This document shows, one piece after another, positions 8,488-17,630 of a stretch of DNA of 64,000 nt. This DNA comes from a virus (lineage: Duplodnaviria; Caudoviricetes). The notes beneath the pieces are model-generated. The model had not been told where the DNA came from. It did no database searches and saw nothing but the letters and a program-made list of their open reading frames with translations. Location of the stretch: positions 1,929-65,928 of IMG/VR virus record IMGVR_UViG_2883713342_000004. One strand, written 5' to 3'. A program made the position numbers and the translations under genes. The first letter of the stretch is position 1, and each line of letters begins with the position of its first letter.

Positions 8488-11162
8488 GGCGCACCGCCAA
8501 GCAAAAGTTGATCGAGCCCCTCCTGGGTGGCCCGGATCTGAAGCCTTCTTAAAAATGTCCAGATAACCATCTCTATATCCGGCTCCATCCCATCGCAATT
8601 GACTGTGATCATGCTGTCCCCACGCTGAACAGCCTCGGCTTTTGCATCAACGTACTTGGCCTGGGCTTCGGTCAATTTTTTCTGGGATTCGAGGGCTTCG
8701 CGCTCAAGTGAAACTTGTTCTTTGAGGATGTCCTGTAAAAACCATTTCTCTGACATGGACCCTTCAAAGCCGGCCAGGTCGGAAAACATGCTGGAACTGG
8801 CGTCCGCGATGGCCGCAACGCTTTCGCCGGCGGCTTCAAAGGCTGCTTTCATAGTCTCGGCGTTGGCCTCGACCTCGGCGATATCGAGCTTGGCCTTGAA
8901 CTCGATGGCTGTCTGAAGGGTTTCGGCTTGGGCCTTGACCTGGGCGATCTGTAGATCGGTTTCGATTTCGAGGCGTTTGACGGCGGGGATGGCCTCTTCG
9001 ATCTTTTCCTTTGCATTGTCGACCTGGGCGGTGTCGACCGGTACGACAATCGTTTCCCACTGGCCTGTCTTCTCGCTGTAATATTCCAGCGTCTGCAGTT
9101 TTTTCTCTGCATCGGCCGTGTCGATATCGACGGCCTTTTCCTCTTCGACCAGGATGCCCAGTTCCCGCATCTTCTCGGTCAACTCGGCCGTGGAATCGAC
9201 GGCGTCGTCCATGCTGTTGACCAGTGCCAGGTTATCTTCATAGGTGGTTTCTGCTGCATCCTCGGCCGCCTCGGCTCTTTCGGCCATTACCTGACTGAGC
9301 CGCTGCTCGACCTCGATGGCCTCCTGGCGGACGCGCTGGGCCTCTTCTTCTACCCCGAAGACGCCTGTGTATTTGTCGATGAATTTGAGTACGGACTGGG
9401 TGGCCGTGTCGACCTCGGGGACCAACTCGCGGTAAAGCGTACCGATCTCCCATCCAATGCCGAATGCGGCCGCCGCGCTACCAACTACCTTTAGCGCCGA
9501 TGCGAGGCCGCCGGAACCCACCAGGGATGTGGTTAATTTGGCAACGGAACCGGTAGACAAAACATTGAGCACTCCGCCCATGCCCTTGATTGCTGTGGAA
9601 ACGGTCGCAATCGGAACGGATATGGCCGTCACCGCTGCGCCGATGCCGGCAATATTCGCAGCGGTCGTTTTCGTGCCTTCATCGAGGGAGTTGAACCAGC
9701 CGATCAGATCGCCGATTCTTGCGGCAACGGCCACAAAGATCTCGCCGAGCCCTTTGCTGAAGTCGACCAAACTTTCCAGCGAATCCACCACCCGCTGGAT
9801 ACCGTCGCGCAGGCTGTCCGCATCGCCGAAATCGATGTCGTCAAACAGGCTCGTGATGAGATCTTTTATCTCTCCCAGCGAATCCAGGAAACCGGAATAG
9901 TCAACGCCCTCCAGCGCCTCGGGCAGGTTTTCTGCAATCTGTTCCAGCTTGGCTGCGATCCCATCGAGAAAATCGTTTAAGGCATCCAGGATCGGTTCGA
10001 AAGCGCCGGCGTCCACGGCATCCTCGAGGGCGTTCAAAACGGCCGTGATGCCATCGACCGCACCGGTACCGGCCGTCTGGAAGTCGTCGCCAATGGAAGA
10101 GGAAAGATTCTTGAATCCCTGCACAAGCCGGTTGACCGCCACCTCCGGGTCTTTCAACCGCTCGGCCACCTCTTTGGCGGCGGACCCGGTCGCGTTCATG
10201 GCCACGGCGGTGATCTCGGTCGATTTGCTCAGGCCGTCGAACACCTCCACCATGCGGGCGCTCTGCTCGATACCCACCAGCTGCTGGGTGACGAACAGCT
10301 TCTGCGGCTCGTCAATCGTCTGGAAAGCCCTGGCCACATCATAGAGAATATCCTTGCCGGACCGCAGCTGCCCGTTGGCGTCTTTTTGTGAAACGCCGAT
10401 GGAGGCCAGGGCCTCCTGCACCGGTTTACTGTCGTCGATAAGTTTGAGCAGGCCGGTTTTCAGGGCCACGGCCGCCTCGTCGCCGGACCGGAATACCTCG
10501 ATCACAGGGGTGACGACGCCGGCGGTCTCCTCCATGGAAAAACCCATGGTGCGGGCGATGGGAGAAATCCCGGCCATGCCCCGGCCGAGCTGTTCGATGT
10601 CGGTGGCGTAGTTGTTGGAAACCTCGTTGAGGATGTCGATCAGCCGCCGGGCATCCTCGGCCGGCGCCTTGAACCCCTTCAATGATGCGATCAGGATTTC
10701 GCTGGAGGCGGACGCTGCCAGTTCGCCGGCAATGACCAGGTCCATGCCGTCCTTGGCCAGGGTCATGGCCCCCTGGATATCGAAGCCGGCCTGTTTGTAG
10801 CTGGCCGTGGAACTGAGGACCGAGGCCGCCGACTCGCCGTATTCGTTGGACAGGCCCTTGGCACTGACCTTGGCGGTCTCCAGGGCCTGCACATTATCGC
10901 CGGCAACCTTTTTCAGTTCGGTGAAAGCGCTTTGAAGTTTGGAGGATTCGCTATAGGCATAGGCGATCCCCGCAGCGGCCATCGCCGCCAGTACCGCATC
11001 GAGTTTGACAACGGCGCTGGTCACAGCGGCGAACGGCTGGGCGATGTCGCGCACATTGCTGCCCAGACTGTCCATGTCCTGGCCCACGGCAGAAAACGTC
11101 GATCCCGTGCGATTGGTCGCCAGGATGAGCAGTTCGATTTTTTTGGTCAGGCTGTTGGCCAT
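8484..11162 (-). CDS. Tail tape measure protein (TP901-like core)
   Basis: 892 aa Ala-rich helical protein with SGDEAAVALKT-type core, downstream of the chaperones. Confidence 0.9.
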   Translation of the reverse strand: MANSLTKKIELLILATNRTGSTFSAVGQDMDSLGSNVRDIAQPFAAVTSAVVKLDAVLAAMAAAGIAYAYSESSKLQSAFTELKKVAGDNVQALETAKVSAKGLSNEYGESAASVLSSTASYKQAGFDIQGAMTLAKDGMDLVIAGELAASASSEILIASLKGFKAPAEDARRLIDILNEVSNNYATDIEQLGRGMAGISPIARTMGFSMEETAGVVTPVIEVFRSGDEAAVALKTGLLKLIDDSKPVQEALASIGVSQKDANGQLRSGKDILYDVARAFQTIDEPQKLFVTQQLVGIEQSARMVEVFDGLSKSTEITAVAMNATGSAAKEVAERLKDPEVAVNRLVQGFKNLSSSIGDDFQTAGTGAVDGITAVLNALEDAVDAGAFEPILDALNDFLDGIAAKLEQIAENLPEALEGVDYSGFLDSLGEIKDLITSLFDDIDFGDADSLRDGIQRVVDSLESLVDFSKGLGEIFVAVAARIGDLIGWFNSLDEGTKTTAANIAGIGAAVTAISVPIATVSTAIKGMGGVLNVLSTGSVAKLTTSLVGSGGLASALKVVGSAAAAFGIGWEIGTLYRELVPEVDTATQSVLKFIDKYTGVFGVEEEAQRVRQEAIEVEQRLSQVMAERAEAAEDAAETTYEDNLALVNSMDDAVDSTAELTEKMRELGILVEEEKAVDIDTADAEKKLQTLEYYSEKTGQWETIVVPVDTAQVDNAKEKIEEAIPAVKRLEIETDLQIAQVKAQAETLQTAIEFKAKLDIAEVEANAETMKAAFEAAGESVAAIADASSSMFSDLAGFEGSMSEKWFLQDILKEQVSLEREALESQKKLTEAQAKYVDAKAEAVQRGDSMITVNCDGMEPDIEMVIWTFLRRLQIRATQEGLDQLLLGGAP

Positions 11163-11262
11163 GGTTCAAGTCTTCAATTCTACCGCGCCATTTTTTTCCG
11201 GAACCGATGCCACAACATCCGCTCCGTCTCCGTCAGATACCCGTGAGGAAAAATATCGGGTA

Positions 11263-11793
11263 TCACTTCGAAGAGAAATCGGTGCCCTCCGAATCCGCCT
11301 CCGGAGCACATGGTGAGGGCGTCCTGCACCCGAGGGGTGGCCCAGAGGCGTTCGATTCCCCCAGCGGCACATGCCCCAGGGAAGTCAGCCGATTGATGGC
11401 GTTGAACAATTTAAGAAAAGAATCGATGTGAAATTCAGCCAGTCGCACCGCATCGCTCTGCTCCAGCTTTACCGATGCGCACCCGAACTGCACATAGGCG
11501 ATGGCCTTGGCAAGTGCGTCCGGAACGCTGGACCCGCCAAGACCCAAAGCCTCGAGCGCCGCCTCAATGGCCTCGGCGCCCTTGCCGTCGGCCAGCTTTT
11601 TGACCAGCCCTTCGAGATTCTTGTTGACGGCCACGCGCTGCTCGGCCCGATAAACTTCCGGGCCGGTCAGGTTCTGGACGACGATTACCGGCTTTTCGTC
11701 ATCGTCGAAAAAGGCGGCCAGGGCCGGAACCGGCACCGGTTCTGTACGCCGCTCGTATTCCGTCGTTCGGTATTTTTCGATATTAAACGGCAT
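11263..11793 (-). CDS. Tail assembly chaperone, with -1 frameshift extension to 11180
   Basis: Lies between major tail and tape measure genes; slippery GGGGGAA at 11362-11356; the -1 frame reads IERLW...FLFEVIPDIFP...TERMLW to TAG at 11180. Confidence 0.8.
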   Translation of the reverse strand: MPFNIEKYRTTEYERRTEPVPVPALAAFFDDDEKPVIVVQNLTGPEVYRAEQRVAVNKNLEGLVKKLADGKGAEAIEAALEALGLGGSSVPDALAKAIAYVQFGCASVKLEQSDAVRLAEFHIDSFLKLFNAINRLTSLGHVPLGESNASGPPLGCRTPSPCAPEADSEGTDFSSK

Positions 11794-11814
11794 GTCTCCT
11801 CCGGAACATTCTCT

Positions 11815-12840
11815 CTACGATGAGAACTCCACCGACGGTTTTTCGCAGTAAATGGTGCAGCTGATCTTGTTGGGATTGCCCGAAGGAAACTCCCGGTCGA
11901 ACGCCAGCAGCCCCTGGGTCAGCATGTAGGGCAGCTTGTTGGCGTCCGGCCACCATTTGACGGTCACCGTCTGGTTTTTCTCCCGCACGATGCCATCGGT
12001 GATGCCGTCTTTCACGTACAGGGTAAAAGAGGCGTCGCCGACCGAGTCGGCCTTCATCGATCCGATGGCGCCGGAAACGCCCGATCCCTCGTAGACGGCG
12101 GTGCTGGATTTGGTGACGCCCATCTCGGCCGGTTTGAAATCGGCCACGTTCTGCTGAACCGTCAGGCTGGGTGTATAGAATTTGATGTACACCCGCTTGG
12201 CCGCAGGGCCGGTATGGATCGCCGGCAAGGGCGTATTGAATTTTATGTGGGCGTTTTTCTCAGCAGCCACTTCGGCGTAGCTGCCCTTGCCCACGTTGTG
12301 CTCCTCGAAGCCGGGAATGTCCGCATATTCGGCGTGATCATTGGGCGCCTGGTAGATCTCGGACTCGGCAATGACGGCGCTGGACTGGCTGTTCATGCGA
12401 ACCTGTCCCAGTTCGACGGCATCCTCCGGGATCAGCGGCGGGCCGCCGGCGGCGCCACGGGTTTCTGAAAACTCGGTACCCTCGGTGCCCTCGACTTCGT
12501 CCAGGCCGCCAACGTCGGTCATGATGATTGACGAAATCTTGAAATTTTCGGTGGACGGCCGGGTCACCGCCTGGCTGCCGGCCGCAACAGAGTGCTCGAC
12601 GCCCTTGGAATAGGCCGTAAATGCGGCCACGGTCACCGTGTCGTTGGCTGCGTTGGGAGAAAGCACCCGCTGCCCGGTCACGATCCCGTTGGGCCGCACG
12701 TCGGGCTCGTATCCCGAGCGCCCGCTCCACAGGGCGCCAAGGTTGAAACGCTGGTGGTCGCCCGAGTCGGCCATAACCGAGAAGTCGGTCAGGGTGCGAC
12801 TCAACTCGACCGCTACCTTTCCTCGTTGAGATGATGACAT
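11815..12840 (-). CDS. Major tail (tube) protein
   Basis: Upstream of the chaperone and tape measure; no sheath gene in this module; AAGGAG RBS before MSSSQ. Confidence 0.6.
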   Translation of the reverse strand: MSSSQRGKVAVELSRTLTDFSVMADSGDHQRFNLGALWSGRSGYEPDVRPNGIVTGQRVLSPNAANDTVTVAAFTAYSKGVEHSVAAGSQAVTRPSTENFKISSIIMTDVGGLDEVEGTEGTEFSETRGAAGGPPLIPEDAVELGQVRMNSQSSAVIAESEIYQAPNDHAEYADIPGFEEHNVGKGSYAEVAAEKNAHIKFNTPLPAIHTGPAAKRVYIKFYTPSLTVQQNVADFKPAEMGVTKSSTAVYEGSGVSGAIGSMKADSVGDASFTLYVKDGITDGIVREKNQTVTVKWWPDANKLPYMLTQGLLAFDREFPSGNPNKISCTIYCEKPSVEFSS

Positions 12841-12898
12841 TTCGATCTCCTTTGGTTCCACAAGGGATGCCGTCCGGCGGCCCTTGCGAGGTTATTTG

Positions 12899-14776
12899 CT
12901 ACGAACTGGTGTACTCGGCTTCTATGCGATAGTTCAGGCCGTAAACGAGCAGCGGGCCGGAGGCCATGATCAATCGTTCCCGCACCGGCCACAGCTCTCC
13001 CACGTTCTCCACGATTCTGCCGATCAGCCGGTCCCGCACGGCCTCGATGATCAGGTGGCACGCCTCGGCGCCGTCCGCCCGGCTGCGGTGATTCTTGGCG
13101 ATGAGCACAACCGTGAAGTTCATGGTGTGCTCGGCCAGGATTTCTTCCATCTTTCGGTCTTCGAAACTGGCCCCATCGTAAAGCACCCACAATGCCGGCA
13201 ACCGCTTGGGATTGGTTTTCAATTCGTCGATATCCCCGGCGAACTGATCGACACCGCCGGCGGCTTCAGAAATGTCACCCAGGGCCGTGATGATATCGTC
13301 GATGCTTTCCTGGATCAGGGCGGTCAACTCCATTGGATCGACGCCTTTTCCCCTGCCCGGTTCAAACAGATCGATGGGCGCCCAGCCTTTCAGGTATTTG
13401 CTGCGCTCCTGGGGCCGGCGGGCATATTCGTCCATCCAGTTGGCCACCATGCAATGGGCCATTTCCATTGTCAGGCACTTGCCACCCACCACTTTTTCGT
13501 AAACCTTGCGGTGGAGTTTTTCGCCGCGCATCAATCGCGGCGGCTTGTTGGCGATAGAGGTGCCGGTGTAGGTGGGCGCGTCGCGCTCCATTTCTGCCAT
13601 AACGCCGAAAAAACGCTCCACGGTTTTGGATTGGCCGTGATACGCCCATGCAAATATGGTCTGGATGCCCAAATTGCTGTAGATGCCGGAAAGACCGGCC
13701 TGTTCGAGATCGGTATCGAGGCCGGTGCCCTGGAAGTACTTGGATTTAAAGGCTTTGCCATTATCCAGATAGACCACGCGCGGGATCTTGCCCAGCATGA
13801 GGATCGCCCGGCGCAGCGCGACCGAAATGGCGACGGTGTTTTCCGTGGGGGCGATCTCCCAGCCGCAGGGCATGTTGGACCGCATGTCAAAAAACGTGAT
13901 CAACTGCATCCGCTCGATCTTGCCGGTCCACGGATTCAGGATCTGGAAGTTGAGTTTATGGCCGTCGGCCACCAGGATGTCGCCCACGTTGATCAGTTCC
14001 GGATTGCGCTCGATGGAGTAGCAACAATTGTCGTTCCAGTATTTCTTGCCATGGCGCTGAAAACACCAGATGTCATAATTGTGGGCCTTGAAATCCATCA
14101 GCCAGCGCCGGTAGGTGTCCGGGCTGTGACCGTTGTCGATTCCCAGTTCGGCCATGCGATTCTTGGCTTTGCGGATGATTTCGGAAATCAAACGCTTGTT
14201 GGGATGCAGGGCGATCTGGAGGATGACGGTGGCCTGCTGGGCGGTGACGATGGATTTGCCGCGCCGCCACCGGCCCCGGCGGTCGGAAAGATCGCCGCCG
14301 GCCCGAATGGTGCGCTTCCAGCCCTCGATGGTTTTCCAGGAGACCGGTCCGACGATGGCGTGGATCTCCTCGAAGATCAGTCCGGAATTGTATGCCAGGA
14401 TAAAATTGTCACGGGCCACGGCCTTGTTGCCATGACCGGCGGCGGCCAGGGTGCGGGTGTATTGCAAAAGCAGGTCGGTCTTGGCACTGAATACGGCTTT
14501 TTGCTTCTCGGTCATCGCCGGTACCGGCGTTTTCTCCGGTGCGGCCATCGGAAGGCGGTTCGTGGATGCCGCCGGCAGGTTGCAAACCAGTTCCCTATTA
14601 TAAAGGAGGCGGATGTCCTCGGGCAGGCTGTCGACGGGGTAATGCTTGATCTTGCCACCACGGCCGGTTGATAAGTTAAATTTCCAGCCCTCCTTAAGCG
14701 CCCGTTTTCTGGCCGCCCTGACGGTCACGCCAAGCAAGTTTGATATTTCTTTTGCCGTGAGTGCCTGCATGATCAA
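12899..14776 (-). pseudogene. In-frame fusion of C-terminally truncated MuA-like transposase with a Mu gp37-like tail terminator
   Basis: Colinear with the 712 aa transposase (VADGH, YLDNGK, KTVERFF) up to GVDPMELTAL, then unrelated sequence with LPALWVLYDG...IIEAVRDRLIG; junction at 13313/13314. Confidence 0.85.
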
Positions 14777-15426
14777 TCCTCGATAAAACGCCTCAACCGT
14801 TCGATGAACTCGATCACCTTTTTACGGTCGATCCCCTTGAAATTGTTTTTCTTGGCGGTAAAGAGTTTTTCCGTGATCGTCAGGAATGCTTCTACAAAGT
14901 CCTCGGGCAGTTCGCGTGCGGCCTGGGTGATTTTCGTTCCGGTCCGTTGGAGGGTGACACCCAATTTTTCGTTGACCAATTTCTTGACATGGGCGCCGGT
15001 GGGTTTTCCTTTCGGGGAGGTTTGGACGGCACGCTGCCAAACCTCGATCTGTTCTTCCGGTCCGGAAAGCTTCGCCATCGACCGGATCTGGCGTTCGTTT
15101 GATGGCAGGCAAAGAAACGGGCTGATATCCGAACCGGAAGGTGGATTTTGTAACCCATGGGTGACATTCTCGAACACATTGGCGGCATCGATCAATCGAT
15201 AGGCGGTCTGCCTGGATATCCCGAACTTGGATTCCACATAGACCTCAAAGGTCGGATGGGTTTTGCGATAATATTTTTCCCCATGGATTTCCCGCAGTGC
15301 GAGGCCGCTGTCGAAGGGGCCTTTCATGCCTTCGAAAACGACCCTCTCAAGTTCCTCCAGACGGTTTTGTTCTTGCTCCGTCAATGGATCGACCACTTCA
15401 ACTTCGCTGTTTCCCATGTTCACCAC
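14773..15426 (-). CDS. DUF3102-like HTH protein of the early operon
   Basis: GLALREI...TFEVYVESKFGISRQTAYRLI...NERQIR; paralog of 59527-60159. Confidence 0.7.
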   Translation of the reverse strand: MVNMGNSEVEVVDPLTEQEQNRLEELERVVFEGMKGPFDSGLALREIHGEKYYRKTHPTFEVYVESKFGISRQTAYRLIDAANVFENVTHGLQNPPSGSDISPFLCLPSNERQIRSMAKLSGPEEQIEVWQRAVQTSPKGKPTGAHVKKLVNEKLGVTLQRTGTKITQAARELPEDFVEAFLTITEKLFTAKKNNFKGIDRKKVIEFIERLRRFIED

Positions 15427-15430
15427 CTTT

Positions 15431-15622
15431 TTATGCGATACGGTTATCGATCATATGTTCAGGACAACCCTTCTTGCGCAGGTACGCCAGCACCCGTTCA
15501 TCGTCCTCCTGGCCTCGTATGGTACGCCAGGTCGCCTCCATCGATGCGCCGGTAATCATCACCACGTCGCCGATGGAAATGTTATGTTCCCAAAGCCAGC
15601 TGGAGACCGCATTTCTAGCCAT
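15431..15622 (-). CDS. Small HTH-like early protein
   Basis: Near-identical to 60164-60367 (ISIGDV...RVLAYLRKKGCPE). Confidence 0.7.
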   Translation of the reverse strand: MARNAVSSWLWEHNISIGDVVMITGASMEATWRTIRGQEDDERVLAYLRKKGCPEHMIDNRIA

Positions 15623-15891
15623 CAGGCCACCTTTTTCCTTTCGGGCCAGAATTTCTGACCCAGGCGCCGTTCGATAAAGTCCCGGATTTCCTGCGGCCGG
15701 CGCCTGCCGTTCACCACCTGCGAGATGTATTGCCGAGACACCCCCAGTTCGTCGGCCCAGTCGGACATCTTTTCGCCCTTGCGCAGGGCAATGGAACGGA
15801 TGCGCCTGGCGGTAACTTTCCGGCCGATGCTTTTTTCATCGTCGCGGTCGTCTACATAAAGGGTGTAGGTGATTTTTCGTTTGCGGCTCAT
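15622..15891 (-). CDS. Ner/Cro-like HTH regulator
   Basis: WADELGVSRQYISQVVNG helix-turn-helix; paralog of 60663-60941. Confidence 0.8.
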   Translation of the reverse strand: MSRKRKITYTLYVDDRDDEKSIGRKVTARRIRSIALRKGEKMSDWADELGVSRQYISQVVNGRRRPQEIRDFIERRLGQKFWPERKKVA

Positions 15892-16392
15892 CTAAAGCTC
15901 CGATTCGATTCTGCGGACAATCCGATTTTTCTCCTTGATGTCCATTTTTGCCTTGGCCCATGAGAGCAATTTTTGTTCACGGTCGTCGACGATTCGAAGC
16001 CCCAACGGACGCGCCAGCGTCTCGATTACCGAACACCTCTCAACGGCGGCACAAAAAACGGGCAGCGCCTTCAAAGGGATGCTCCGGTTAAGTTCATTGG
16101 GATTGAGCCATTTTTCGAAGGTTTCGACGGTCAGGCGTTTGCAATTGCCACTGACCAGGCATACGCCGAAGCGTGCGGCCAAGTCGTTCATACGGTCCAC
16201 GATCTGCTCTCGGGATAATCCGCATTCGCGGACATCGGTGTTCATGACCTGTTTGATCGGGCGGATCACATTCAGGGTGGGTTGGTCGAAGAGACCGAGT
16301 TGGATGGTGATGGGCTTGTTCATCTTGTCCGCCGATTCGATCCAGGTTGTCCGTTTTTTACGAAGACTCGGACATTGACATTCCGGGCTCAT
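15892..16392 (-). CDS. First early gene, CII-like regulatory protein
   Basis: Paralog of 60942-61442; SREQIVDRM...TFEKWLNP...IPLKALPVFC; true start may be MNKPIT. Confidence 0.65.
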   Translation of the reverse strand: MSPECQCPSLRKKRTTWIESADKMNKPITIQLGLFDQPTLNVIRPIKQVMNTDVRECGLSREQIVDRMNDLAARFGVCLVSGNCKRLTVETFEKWLNPNELNRSIPLKALPVFCAAVERCSVIETLARPLGLRIVDDREQKLLSWAKAKMDIKEKNRIVRRIESEL

Positions 16393-16438
16393 CTAAATTA
16401 GAGTAAGACCGTCGCTAACTTGTATAGCACTAAAAATA

Positions 16439-16467
16439 GTTATAGGCCCTATTTTTCGGTATGTCAA
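16439..16467 (-). promoter_or_regulatory. Sigma70-type early promoter of prophage 1
   Basis: TTGACA-17 bp-TATAAC on the minus strand; same position and spacing in prophage 2. Confidence 0.8.
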
Positions 16468-16548
16468 CCCGATTTTTAGGTTCCTGCTAATTTTTCCAGC
16501 TCTTCCGACCTGTACCAATTACAACTTAATGGAATATTTGAAGAAAAA

Positions 16549-17142
16549 ATGACAGTTCCTACTTCGAAAACCGGTTCCCACTTTAGTTCCGACTTTCATA
16601 AAGAAAGTGGGAACCCAGATTTCGGAAAAAGACTGACCTCAAAAAGAAAGCTTATAGGGTTGAGTCAGGATGCATTAGCCCTAAAAATAGGAACAAGTAA
16701 AAGCACTGTACAAAGGTATGAAAAAGGAGAGCTTCCAAAAGGCGACAAGCTTTTAGCATTATCTTTTACCCTTGATTGCTCATTAGATTGGCTACTTAAA
16801 GGCGAGGGAGGCCCAAGCGAGCCATTTATTGATGATGAAAAGGCACCTACCAACAACATCCACGACTCGCAAAATTTTCACATTATTCAGGAATTCGAAG
16901 ATCAAGAATTCGCGCTGGAGATCAACCAGGCCCTCATGGTCATGGAAAAAACCTCCTTAAAGGAGTTTTACAAGCTGGGAGGGTATATCAAGGCCCTGTC
17001 GGGAAGCGGGATCGAGATACGTACTGATTATAGCGGTTCCCAGAATAAGCAATATGATTCCGATGTCTGGGATGGCACCGAACGCAGATCGGGGAAAGAT
17101 CGTCGCAAAACAGTAGGTAAAACTGACGTCAACCCGGAATAA
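16549..17142 (+). CDS. XRE-family prophage repressor
   Basis: LSQDALALKIGTSKSTVQRYEKG...SLDWLLKG; divergent from the early operon; no S24 peptidase domain; C-terminal ERRSGKDRR. Confidence 0.85.
   Translation: MTVPTSKTGSHFSSDFHKESGNPDFGKRLTSKRKLIGLSQDALALKIGTSKSTVQRYEKGELPKGDKLLALSFTLDCSLDWLLKGEGGPSEPFIDDEKAPTNNIHDSQNFHIIQEFEDQEFALEINQALMVMEKTSLKEFYKLGGYIKALSGSGIEIRTDYSGSQNKQYDSDVWDGTERRSGKDRRKTVGKTDVNPE
16555..16614. promoter_or_regulatory. GTTCCNRCTT site array (three direct, one inverted)
   Basis: Sites at 16555, 16574, 16586 and inverted at 16605; identical 19/12/19 spacing at 61602-61661. Confidence 0.55.
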
Positions 17143-17324
17143 TAATACTCTGCCAGGATAGGTAATCTAAAATAGTGCTCAATTATCATTGCTCTCCTTA
17201 AATAAACCTTGGTTCAGTAAAAATCCGGAATACTGTTTAAATTTCTGGCTGAACCTGTTTTTGTTTTGAAATCTCGAAAGGGTAACGATTTGCCCTAAAA
17301 TTGGCTCATTTTTTAGCGAAAAGT

Positions 17325-17434
17325 TGGTTCCGGGTAATTCTTTTCAAACGCAGTATAGTTTTCTCTCCAACTATTTAATTCAAAATATTATTTATTTGAT
17401 TCCGGACACAGATTGCTGGTTCCGGTTATAGTCA
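17325..17434. repeat. Candidate left end of prophage 1
   Basis: TG(G/A)TTCCGG at 17325, 17397 and 17417 with an AT-rich spacer, terminating in CA at 17433-17434. Confidence 0.55.
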
Positions 17435-17630
17435 CGAGCACAGATGGAAATGCCTGGAACCGGCGCGAAATCAATAAAAGGTTTTCTGAAGCGATCTATC
17501 ACTTTTGGCATAGGATAGTTACAATTGGGAAGGCTGTTTTTCGATATTTGTGTTGTTACCGAACTCAATTGGTAAAAATCATGATCTTATGAGTGAATTC
17601 CAGCAAAACTATAGAGGGAAGGCCTTCAAT

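Larger units (their letters stand above)
3126..17434 (-). mobile_element. Defective Mu-like prophage 1 (headless remnant)
   Basis: Repressor, Ner-like, truncated MuA fused to a tail gene, tail module and terminal methylase; candidate TG...CA ends with repeated sites; boundaries approximate, no TSD found. Confidence 0.85.

Noticed and set aside
11166-11372. 68 aa ORF as the chaperone extension
   Set aside because: Wrong frame; the plausible extension is the -1 frame ending at 11180
12884-14671. 595 aa plus-strand ORF (likewise 58209-59360)
   Set aside because: Antisense shadow of the GC-rich transposase genes; no recognisable motifs
3121-17439. Target-site duplication for prophage 1
   Set aside because: The flanks TAACA and CGAGC do not match, and I found no CA-TAACA between the prophages
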